Assembly (NCBI GenBank): GCA_020137815.1
Contig: CM035360.1
Location: forward strand, 1,364,001-1,428,000
Source: Hormiphora californensis
Taxonomy: Eukaryota > Animalia > Ctenophora
Reading direction: 5' to 3'
DNA: 64,000 nucleotides
In this document: piece by piece, positions 54,701 through 64,000 of the stretch
Numbering within the stretch: the stretch's first letter is position 1
Layout: the number at the start of each line of letters is the position of its first letter
Program-made: the position numbers and the translations under genes
Notes under the pieces: generated by a model
Told to the model about the DNA's origin: nothing
Database searches by the model: none
What the model saw: the letters and a program-made list of their open reading frames with translations, nothing else

Positions 54701-55498
54701 GTGAAGCCGAGGAAAAGAGAAAGGAAAGAGAGGAAATGATGGATAAACATCGGGCTTACATTGACTCTCTTCCAAATCCTGGTATATTAAACTTTTCCCT
54801 ATCCTTTATACAATTTATCATGTTTATGTTTTCCCACTCCATGTTTCGTACTCCATACTAGACTCTATGTATGGTTCATTAATCATTATCCATACTCCCT
54901 ACTCCGTGCTACGTATATATGATTTCCAGCTCCCTTTCTCTACTCATTATTCTCACACTATAACCTCTTCTCAGTGCGGGTAACTCATGAGGTAGGACGG
55001 CGTATGGCCCATGGTTCCACCCCTCCCGCTGCTCCACCCCCGGCTGCAGCTGCCCCTCCTCAAGCAGTCCATGGTCCTCCAGCCCCACCCCCATTTAGTG
55101 ACCTGGACGGTACCTCAATAGAGTCAGACCAGCAGCAGCCGCAGTACATGGGAGCGGTGGTAAGGAGAGCACCCCCACCCTCCAGACCTGCTTATCAGGA
55201 AGAATTTGAGAGAAGAGGATATCCGCAATACCAAGCGGAGAGACCTCCTTATCAGGAGACAGGAGTAAGACCACCTTATCAAGAGGCTGCAGTGAGACCT
55301 CCATACCAGGAAGCGGCTGCAGTAAGGCCTCCATACGGGGGCCATCATCCCCGACCGCCATACCAAGAAGTCCCCGCCAGGCCGCCGTATCAAGAGGCCC
55401 CTGTTAGGCCACCGTACCAGGAGGCCCCTGTTAGACCACCTTACAATACCCTCCCTCGGCCCCCTTACGGGAATCGCCAAAGGCCATGGGGTTATTAG
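51730..55498 (+). CDS. Multi-exon gene for an unidentified, largely disordered protein with a basic coiled-coil and C-terminal RPPYQE repeats
   Basis: Many short GT-AG exons (e.g. 51730-51816, 51883-51933, 52065-52128, 52191-52311, 52395-52480, 52596-52703, 52820-53110, 53201-53376, 54163-54336, 54411-54473, 54634-54781, 54975-55498). The middle part is not fully resolved and needs a one-base correction near 53247. Confidence 0.7.
53977..54095. repeat. 21-bp tandem repeat x5.5 in an intron
   Basis: Unit agaaactgtaatttgatgatc starting just after a GTAAT donor. Confidence 0.95.
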
Positions 55499-55937
55499 GA
55501 GGGGGTCCGATCTTAGTGGATTTTCAAAAAAGATAGGTCCATCAACAGAATTGATTATTTTTTGGTCAGAAAGAAAGGTACACGACAAGCTCAACTCTTC
55601 GCTGCATTGTTCTGCGTTCCCCTATTTTAGGAAGAATTTTCTTCCAAATTTGGTATTTTTGGGAGGGGTTTCAGGGAAAACAACTTCTAATCTTGAAGAA
55701 AGTCGTGCTTTTTTTAATCACTTACAGTGACAGATCTGTTTATGTTTTACATGTTCAAAATATATTTATCAACTTTTCAACCCTGCTGTCGTTCATCGTG
55801 TACCTAAGTCCCAACTAATCTGTTTCTAAACTGTTTTCGAGATAGAGAATTCGGAAACCGTAAAAAGTTAAGGTCAGATTCCTTTGAGCCTGCTACTTTT
55901 AAAACCCAAACTAAATTCCCATCCCTCTCCTCTAGTG

Positions 55938-56180
55938 ATGGCTCGGAGCGCTCTCCAAAAGAAGATATTGGTGCAGTACCGGGAATTCCTTCGACTCACC
56001 TGGGACAACCCATCACTAAAGGATCATGTTAGGACTGAGTATAGGAAATTTGGGGACGAGGTCGCTAGATCGGACTTTCTGCACATTGAGCATTTGTTGC
56101 GTCGGGGTGAGAAACAGCTGAAAATGTTGAAAAGAGAGGGTGTGGATAAGATCCACTATCGAGGACCGAAAGGCAGTTGA
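55938..56180 (+). CDS. SDHAF1: Succinate dehydrogenase assembly factor 1 (LYR family)
   Basis: MARSALQKKILVQYREFLR...VRTEYRK...RSDFLHIEHLLRRGEKQLKML matches the SDHAF1 pattern. Confidence 0.88.
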   Translation: MARSALQKKILVQYREFLRLTWDNPSLKDHVRTEYRKFGDEVARSDFLHIEHLLRRGEKQLKMLKREGVDKIHYRGPKGS

Positions 56181-56470
56181 GAATCTAGTTGATATAAAAT
56201 TATGTTTTAAATTGGGAATTGTCGATGAGTTTTGAAATAATATATGAGTTTTCAAGAAGTGATTCCTAAATATAATGAATCTCGAACAATTTGTAAATAT
56301 CTGTGGACTGTGACCCCCAGACCCAAAGTAACAATTATCGTGATTATATTTTGGAGCGTGTTGTATTTGTTTGGTTGTTTTGTACAAACCTTTAGCCGAT
56401 ATATCAAACTAATTAATCATTCTCCCGCCCTTCTCCCGTAGTGGAAATTCCACTGACGTAAAATAATATG

Positions 56471-56506
56471 TACAGGGTGTCCCAGGCCAAAGTGGGACAC
56501 CCTGTA
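56471..56506. mobile_element. 36-bp mariner-like mini-MITE (TIRs only)
   Basis: TACAGGGTGTCCCA-ggccaaag-TGGGACACCCTGTA. Confidence 0.7.
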
Positions 56507-56570
56507 TGTAACACTTCATGTAACAATTCCATCCCTCCCTCTTCCATAAAACAGCATGTAGTTAGTTGTC

Positions 56571-57010
56571 ATGACAACGTTTCACGATGAAATTGAGATA
56601 GAGGACATGGAGTATGATGAGGATGAGGAAACATATTTCTATCCCTGTCCTTGTGGTGACTTGTTCAGCATCACGTGAGTAGATGATAGATCCCTGAATA
56701 TTACTTTTACCCGGGGTAGGAATCCCCTTGGAATGTTCCCCCTCCCCGGGAAGGGATCTCTCTGGATATCTCAGCTGATCTATATTATAATCTTCCCCTC
56801 TCTTTCCCAAAAACGGAGAAATCTCTAGGTTTCACAATTCACATGCACCCCCCTCTCTCTCTCTCCAGAAAGCAGGAGCTGGAAGATGGTGAGGAGATAG
56901 CAAAATGCCCCTCCTGCTCACTGATGGTCCGTGTTATTTATGATAAGGACGATTTTCTGAAAAATACCGCAAATAATACCGCCCGAATGAGTCAACAACA
57001 AACTGCATAA
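56571..57010 (+). CDS. DPH3: Diphthamide biosynthesis protein 3 (CSL zinc finger, Kti11)
   Basis: Exons 56571-56674 and 56869-57010: [32 protein letters not shown]...[19 protein letters not shown]. Confidence 0.96.
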
Positions 57011-57177
57011 CCATCATCATGATGACGTCATAATTCCACGGCTGTGTGATGCTTTCTAAGTTATTTAGTTTTTTATTTGTTTTACTAAAACAGTTTTAGT
57101 AACGGGATTCAAAGTGTATTGAACTGTACCTGCCTCGTACTTGTCTATTTCTGTCTCATAATCCTCCCTTCAGTAGG

Positions 57178-58348
57178 ATGTTGAGTGACCAAGTTGAAGC
57201 AGATCCTGAACAACAGACGACTCACAATACTGCAGACACTGAGCCTCCGAATGAAGCAGACACTGAGCCTCAGGAGGATATATATCAACCCCCGACATTG
57301 ATACCCCAGGCACAGCTTGATGCAGAGTGGAAGAAAACTCAGGAGGATTTTGACAGGTATGTTGCTGAGTACACATTCCCTGATGACATGACAAAAAGTG
57401 GAAGGAAGAAGATGACCAAGAGACTGCATTTTGAATTCTTTAAAAAGATCCGACGGAAGATCGAGCGGGAGAAGTGGAAGAGGAAGCGGGCGAGGTGTAA
57501 CACTGAAGGCACCACGCTGCCTCCAAAGCGACGGAAGACCATAAAGCTGGCGGAAAGTACCAATAAACTGCGAATTAGCAGTGGACTGTAGTTTTGACGA
57601 TCTTATGGTAGAGAGAGACATAGTGAAACTATCAAAACAGATCCAGAGATGCTACGCGTTAAACAGACACATGTCTAAGCCCATCCAATTTCACCTCACC
57701 AACATTCAAGGCAAAACACTCGCCCGTATGGATGATCACGTTGACGGTTATAAAAACTGGGACGTCCATATAAAATCGGAATCTCTCTCAGAGCTTTTCC
57801 CACGCTCCAGTGACGTTGTCTATCTCTGTGCTGAGTCTGAAAATACTCTCACGGAGTTTGATGATAGCAAAATTTATGCTATCGGTGGTTTTGTTGATCA
57901 CAATGCTCATAAAGGTGTGGCGTATGAGAGGGCTGTAGCGGCAGGGTTTAGCCACGCTCGTCTTCCCATTGACAGTTTCTTTACTCTCGCGACAAGGAAG
58001 GTTCTCACTGTGTGCCATGTGTTTGAGATTATCAAGAATTTTACCGAAAGTGGAAATTGGGAACAGGCCATCAAGTTGACGATTCCTGCTCGGAAGGGAC
58101 TAGAGACTAAGACGGATGGAGAGTGTTTCATGACGGAGGGAGATACTACGGCTGAGGGAGATAATACAGCTGAGGGAGAGAGTAAGACTGGGAAAGAGAG
58201 TAAGACTGAGGGAGAGAGTAGTGTTGTTGAGATTGGTGTCGGTGACAACAGTCCCGGGAAATACAGTGAATTTGGATCAACTAGTAAAGCTGAAAAGAGT
58301 TCTTTTAAAGAGGCTGGAGAAGGATGTAAATCTGAAGGTCATGAGTGA
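57178..58348 (+). CDS. TRMT10A: tRNA m1G9 methyltransferase Trm10 (one-base frameshift at ~57575)
   Basis: ORFs 57178-57591 and 57581-58348 join if one base is removed: LRIAVDCSFDDLM...KQIQRCYALNR...VYLCAES...YAIGGFVDHN...ARLPI...RKVLTVCHVFEI...IPARKG. Confidence 0.9.
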
Positions 58349-58472
58349 TTTATTGTTTGATGTTTGTCTGACTTTTTATTAACTTATTACTTGGGAAGTG
58401 TTGTGTTTCTACTCAGTTTGAAACCGTTTTGAGTTTTAATCAACTCTCATTTCTCAATATTTTAGTTTTAAA

Positions 58473-59306
58473 ATGGGACGAAACAAACGTAAGCAACGAA
58501 AACCTGCCAACTCCGATCGACTTGAAAGACGGGTTGAGTTCGCTGAGGAAAATTACAAAAAACATGAGACAGAATTCGAGACTTTCCTCGCTGATTACCA
58601 ATTTTCTTCTGATCTCACTGCTCCTGGAAAGGCAACTCTTATCACTAAATTTCGGAGTTCATTTTTTGAGAAGGCCCTTCGTAAGTTTAATGCTGCTAAG
58701 TTGAAACGTTACGGTGGCGAAAAGCCTGCAAAACGGGCGCGGATTAATCCAGCTGACAGCGCTAACAAGCAGCGAGTTGTCATTGACTTTAGTAACAACA
58801 CTAATGAGGAGGTTGATAAACTTGCTAAATTAGTATCCGAGTGTCAGCGGCTCAATATCAGGGTCGCTGACCAACCATTCCAGCTTCAATTTGTTAACCC
58901 ATCAGAAGAATTACAATCGAGACTAAAGGCTAGCGGATTTGGAGGGTGGGGTTTCCGGGCTATGTCAGTAGGTATACCATCTCTATCAGACTTGTTCCCA
59001 ATCCAGGATATTGTTTATTTGTGTGCTAATTCAGAAAACGTTATCTCAGAATTAGATGAATCCAAAGTTTATGTTATCGGAGGATTTATCAACCAGAGTG
59101 AGAATGGTGTAAAGCAGGCTGGTGGATACAGCCATGCTCGTCTCCCAATTGTAGAGGAGGACAATAATGTCGGGATGGTTGAACTGTTTCACATTATAAT
59201 GAACTGCAGAGAGATTGGTAATATGGAGGAGGCAATCAAGTTTGTGTTTCATCCTCCCAGATCAAATTTGCAGGAACCGACCGAATCAGGAAATACTAGT
59301 CCCTGA
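58473..59306 (+). CDS. Divergent tandem TRMT10 paralog; C-terminus supplied by a MITE
   Basis: RVVIDFS, IVYLCANSENVISELDESKVYVIGGF and SHARLPI are co-linear with the upstream TRMT10A. Confidence 0.88.
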   Translation: MGRNKRKQRKPANSDRLERRVEFAEENYKKHETEFETFLADYQFSSDLTAPGKATLITKFRSSFFEKALRKFNAAKLKRYGGEKPAKRARINPADSANKQRVVIDFSNNTNEEVDKLAKLVSECQRLNIRVADQPFQLQFVNPSEELQSRLKASGFGGWGFRAMSVGIPSLSDLFPIQDIVYLCANSENVISELDESKVYVIGGFINQSENGVKQAGGYSHARLPIVEEDNNVGMVELFHIIMNCREIGNMEEAIKFVFHPPRSNLQEPTESGNTSP

Positions 59307-59379
59307 TTGGCTGATTACCAGTCACGTGACCTAAATAACGAGTTCTGATTGGCTATTTACTTTATTCGGTCGGTTCCTG
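59271..59379 (+). mobile_element. hAT-like MITE family A copy inserted in coding sequence
   Basis: Perfect 8-bp TSD CAAATTTG on both sides. Confidence 0.94.
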
Positions 59380-59729
59380 CAAATTTGAGTGATAAAGGTG
59401 ATGGAGAAGCATCTGGAAGTTGATTGTTAATTTTATTATTTTGCATGTAAATTAATGTCAAGTCTTCTTTTATTCAACGACTCGTTTGACGTTTTGTCTC
59501 CTTACTTTGCCCCCAGAAACCCGACCCCCGACCCAGAAACCCCACCCAATATTCAATAACGATCTCCCAAAGAACTTTACATTTCAGGGGAAGTTATGAC
59601 ATGAATACTTTGAGGACCTTCTACAACTATTATACTCCTGTTACTGAATCCCGGTAGACCCACTCGGTACTCAGTCAGGCTTAAATATAATTCTACCCAC
59701 AGTCAGAGGTTTCCTGTAGTACTTTCAAC

Positions 59730-60542
59730 ATGAGGACTCTCCTCAAATTCGTCATTGGAGCATGTGTTTTCTGTTGTGTACAGTTCGCAGTTCTACTCTA
59801 CCTCTCATCTTCCCTTCAAATAGATGGCAATACATCAGGAGCACAGGAGGGAGTTAGGAAGCGATCGCCCAAACTCATTTACGAGACTTTTGACAACCAA
59901 CCGGTTTGGAAAACTAGGCTTCCAGATTCACCCGATAGTGAGGTCGTCGTCTCATTAAAGGGACTATCCCAGGTTCAGATGAAGTTGTATAAAGAGGGTA
60001 TGGGACTCCGGAGAGAGTTGAAGTTGGATCAATCTGGGGTGTTCAGGTGTGATGGGGGCAAGGTGGTCCTGGATCTTGCCAGTGTGAATGATGATTTTTG
60101 TGATTGTGAGGATCATACAGATGAACCTGCAACCGCTGCCTGCTATAATGTGAGTTTTACTCTTTCTCTTTTTTACTGTTTCTCTTTTTTACTGTTTCTC
60201 CTTCCCTCTCAATTTCTCTCGTTATTGTCTATCTTTCGATTCCCTCCCTCGATCGGTAGATAGACTCTATTCACCTCTTTCTAACTCTCCCTCTTTCTCC
60301 CCCTCTATCTATCTTTCTCTGATCATGATCTATTAATTTAGTGAAAAGATGTTTCTTCTTTTTTTAAAACTTGCTCTTTTTCTTTCCCTCTTCCTCTCTC
60401 CATTTCTCCTATTCCTCAGGGTGTATTCTGGTGTACCCCGGACGTCAAGATACCCAGTTCGCACGTTAATGATGGATTCTGTGACTGTTGCAATGGTCGA
60501 GATGAATGGGAGGGTAAAGTTCATTGCCTACCGTGTACCTAA
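59730..60542 (+). CDS. Short glucosidase II beta subunit-like (PRKCSH N-terminal domain) protein with N-terminal membrane anchor
   Basis: Exons 59730-60149 and 60420-60542: FRCDGG...[27 protein letters not shown]...IPSSHVNDGFCDCCNGRDEW. Confidence 0.88.
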
Positions 60543-60558
60543 CATGTGTACTACCTAC

Positions 60559-60667
60559 CAGGAACCGACCGAATCAGGAAATACTGGTCCCTGATTGGCT
60601 AATAACCAGTCACGTGACCTAAATAACGAGTTCTGATTGGTTGTTTACTTGTTTCGGTCGGTTCCTG
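60559..60667 (+). mobile_element. hAT-like MITE family A copy in 3' UTR
   Basis: Perfect 8-bp TSD CTACCTAC. Confidence 0.94.
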
Positions 60668-61185
60668 CTACCTACATCTACATGTTAGGATGTGAGATCT
60701 GCTACCCGTCACCACTGCTGTACCCAATTGGTAACGCAATTACATTGCGGGCACGCTAAAACGTGCCTTACTATCGCTATGCCCTACCGTAGAGGGGTAA
60801 TTTCGTTACCAATGTACCCAATCAGTGTTTGGGATGTTTTAGTCGGGCTTTCTTTTTTGCGTGTGCCACGCTTCTGGCTCCTACATATATTTGTTAAGAG
60901 TTGTTGCTGCGACAAAATAGACACTATTTTTGTTTCAGTTTTAGTTATAGCTGTTTTAAGTTATGGTCTTCTTTTCATTTAATTTTTACCCGGGTTTATA
61001 GTTTGCTGAAATTCTGTAACATATTATTATTTGACGTAAACAATATCCGTGTGTTTCTCTCAACCTATAGATCACCTGTTCATCCTAAAATATCAGTTTC
61101 TTTTGGCCACTTGTTCTATCCCAAACCCACACAATTCTTCCCCATAACACAAATCTGACACAACCGCTAATATTTCTAGTGACAC

Positions 61186-62907
61186 ATGGCACGAAGGAAG
61201 AAACGAGCAGCCCCGGCAACGAATGCAGCGGGAGGGTCAACCCCGGAGGTTAACAGAAAGAAAGAGAGGGGTGAGGTGAGGTTTGAATTTCAGAAACACA
61301 CGGTAAACAGGGACATCAAGAGGATGAATGGGGAGGTACAGGAAATTGGGGAAGCGGTGAGTTGATATATATAATTTACCTTTAATTTAACTAATTGTTA
61401 TTGATGCAGGGCACTTGGTTCGTGGGGGTTGATATATGACATACCCTACTGTACAATAACCCGTGAATGGAACTGTTCCAATTAATTTACAAATTTCTAT
61501 TTTTCACAGCTGATCAACCAGAACAACGAGGCACTGAAAAAATTCAAACAAATAACACCTGCTGAGATCGGCAACATGACTGTTAAAGATTTTATAGAGG
61601 CTGGCTACCTACTGGATTACAATCTCTGCGATCAAGGGAAATTCCTAGCCCTGTCACACTTACATGTGGATTTCAAGTTAGTTTTGTGACTGAGATTATT
61701 GTGAAGTAACATCAAACATGTGATACAGTCGGAGCCTGATTTAATGGCACCCTCGAAGGAAAGGGTTTTCTCCGATTGGGGTATCCGCTAAACTGGGGTC
61801 AAATACTGTTAATTTCCTATATCGGGGGAAGATTATGCTGCCGTTAAATCGGGGTGCCGCTAAATCGGAGGCCGTTCAATCGGGGTCCGACTGTATCTTG
61901 TGTGAAAAAGAGGGTCGAACAAGGCAAGTTAAATCACTAATTGCCTAACATCACTCCCCCCCCCCCCCCCCAGAGCATCAGATATAGAGGCCCATCCGGC
62001 TACTAAAGGACGACCAACTGGTACAGCCCCTCGATCGGTTCTAAAACCAGCCACCAAACCTGCTGCAAGGGAGAGTGTGAGACGGAACTTGGTCGATTTA
62101 CCCGAGTTTTCTACCCCTGCCCCAGGAACTCTCACAAACGCTCAGAAACTCCTTATCACGCCAAGGGTAGGTTTAGGCTGCCACCCCTGTTTTTCTTTTT
62201 TTTGTTGTTGATGTTAATTGTATTTCTAAGAACACTGCCAATCCATTATCTTGTTCCCGCATTCCTGAATTCCGAAACTTCTTCCTCTCTCAATATTAAC
62301 ACAGTGCTGCGAGGGGCCGGTTTGCTTTTTGAGTATTTTAGTCAAAAAACTAACTTTTGATATTTGGTTCAGCTCGAAGAGCCGGACCAGATGGACTATT
62401 CAAAAAGCGCCTTTGCCCACACCTTCCTGGAGAAAAATGAGGTTAACTTTATGCCCAAAACTGGTGTTAACCTCAATAAATCATAGACTGCAAGTCATAA
62501 GACCATGAAACCGGTTCTAATAGTTAAATCTCGCCAGGGGTATAGTTTATTATTAATATTAATGTGTCCTATCTCTCTCTCGCTCCCCCCCCTTCCTATG
62601 AGTGAAACTTCCTCCCTTATTATCTCTTCAGTCTTCACCTCTCAATATCTTATCTCTCTATCAGCCCTATCTCTCTCATTCCCTCTGAGTATACCGTGCC
62701 CCCTGACCCTTCCTGATCTCCCTGATCCCTCCCCAGGTAGTGCTACCTGCTAAGAAGGGCCACATAGTGGTGTACACTGAAAATGGCTCACCCTACCACC
62801 TCAACATTCGAACAATGAAAGCGGTGTCCGGGAAACAACAAGACACGGGTGAAGCAGCAGAATCTGAACAGCGACCCCGCAGGACAACGAGGGCGACAAA
62901 ACGATAA
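61186..62907 (+). CDS. CDCA8: Borealin-like chromosomal passenger protein
   Basis: Exons 61186-61356, 61510-61676, 61974-62166, 62737-62907 join in phase; basic N-terminus, helix ending PAEIGNMTVKDFIEAG, then ITPR and PAKKGHIVVYTENGSP, resembling Borealin motifs. Confidence 0.68.
61724..61895. mobile_element. Tc1/mariner(pogo)-type MITE
   Basis: TA-CAGTCGGA...TCCGACTG-TA with imperfect longer TIRs. Confidence 0.8.
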
Positions 62908-63024
62908 TGGAACTAATGTCTAGACAGAGCAATGTCTGGTTAATATTGTTGGTTCAGAGTTAGCGAGAGATTTAGATGTTGTAATCCTCCTTTACATTTA
63001 TTTGTAAGAGAGGGTCGAACAAAG

Positions 63025-63836
63025 ATGGACACATTTGACGATGTAAGGACGCGAGGTGCAGAGTATTTTAAGCAGTAAAATTATTTCCACACAGCACTGC
63101 ACACACTTGTGTAGAAGAAGTATACAAACATTCTTCAGTTGTTCTTCAGTTTAAATTAGCGAATAATAATAGTTATTAGTTAAATGTGTAATCAACGTTT
63201 TATTTTGTTTGTCAAATGTCAAACCACTAACCAAGAGCCCATATGTTATAGCAAGAATGTTATGATGATTGTTTATCCAAAGAACGCGTCAAAGTAAGTT
63301 ATCAATTGTTTTTTCCTATCATAAATTTCCAATCCCGGCCAGTCCCCCGACCGTATTTTCCAACACACCCAATTTCACGCACCCTGTTGCCCACTTTGCG
63401 TGACGCGCGATGCTCTTTTTACTAACAAAGGCCCAGCGAGTTCGCGCAACACTATCCCGCGCACTGCTATTCAAAGCAAATTCGTTCCCACGCTCATATC
63501 ACGACCGACCTTCAAAGTGTTTTGACAAAATTGGTTCGTGTTGGTCCCTAATGCTAACCGTTCGTTCTTCTCAGATGTTTCAAGAACAAGTGTCTAGTAT
63601 CGTTCAAGATCTCCTTAAAATAACTGCAGGTTGGTTTTTGGATCCAAGACGGGGCTAACAGTTAACACTGCCCCATTGTAACAATAGAGAGAGCTCTTGA
63701 GAGCATAGGAGACATTGGGTCCGTGACTAGAATCTCTCGAAGGATGTGACCCACATATTTATGTTATAATTTTCCCCTCAGAAGCTGATTTGGCTCTGAA
63801 GAAAGAAAGGGATGCTCATGAAGAGACAAAGCTTCA
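63025..63836 (+). CDS. 5' exons of a further coiled-coil gene, truncated by the window edge
   Basis: Putative exons 63025-63042, 63252-63293, 63575-63629, 63782-63836 join in phase: MDTFDD-QECYDDCLSKERVK-MFQEQVSSIVQDLLKITA-EADLALKKERDAHEETKL. Confidence 0.5.
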
Positions 63837-64000
63837 GTACGAGAAGTAGGTTAACACGGTCGCTTGTAGTGGGAAAACGGTAATGGAAAACGAAGATACA
63901 GTAAGACGACGCGCAACCGTGACCAATCAGGGCGCTAGTACGTGCTGACACATGAACTTTTTGCCGCGTGTTATGCACCGTGCACGTCTCCTTACTGTAT

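Noticed and set aside
57571-57591. Programmed ribosomal frameshift in TRMT10A
   Set aside because: No recognised slippery heptamer or shift-prone codon-stop context, and other indels in the window point to assembly error.
59271-59379. MITE family A as an intron-creating (introner) element
   Set aside because: Its ends (CAGG...CCTG) do not supply GT..AG boundaries, and the copies lie inside existing introns or gene ends.

Overview
Eukaryotic (animal) genomic DNA with GT-AG introns, many microsatellites and minisatellites, and many small transposons. No prokaryotic features, CRISPR arrays, rRNA or tRNA were seen. A ctenophore origin is my inference (not proven) from nested intronic genes, 3'-splice-site motifs just before almost every start codon, a divergent SIX homeobox and a lineage-type extracellular domain. 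Genes reconstructed by hand: PTEN (3' part), a C5orf63/DUF836 glutaredoxin-like gene, an MFS-like membrane protein, ABRACL (with a duplicated first exon), and a 16-exon OFCC1/Ojoplano-like gene spanning 22 kb that hosts three nested genes (DNase II, an intronless SIX homeobox, a secreted sushi-domain gene). Further along are ARFRP1, a C2H2 zinc-finger gene, a 5'-truncated L2/CR1-type LINE, and a tight co-oriented cluster (unknown Pro-rich gene, SDHAF1, DPH3, TRMT10A, a degenerate TRMT10 paralog, a short PRKCSH-like gene, Borealin-like, start of another gene). The most striking pattern is that exon-intron junctions are repeatedly amplified into tandem arrays: 12 copies of an ARFRP1 acceptor, 7 of an OFCC1 acceptor and 7 of a C5orf63 donor, plus smaller cases. 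In both large acceptor arrays the junction is CAG|GT, so each repeat unit is itself a GT..AG mini-intron that could be removed by recursive splicing. Exon coordinates were read by eye and may be off by a few bases. Several single-base indels suggest residual assembly errors.
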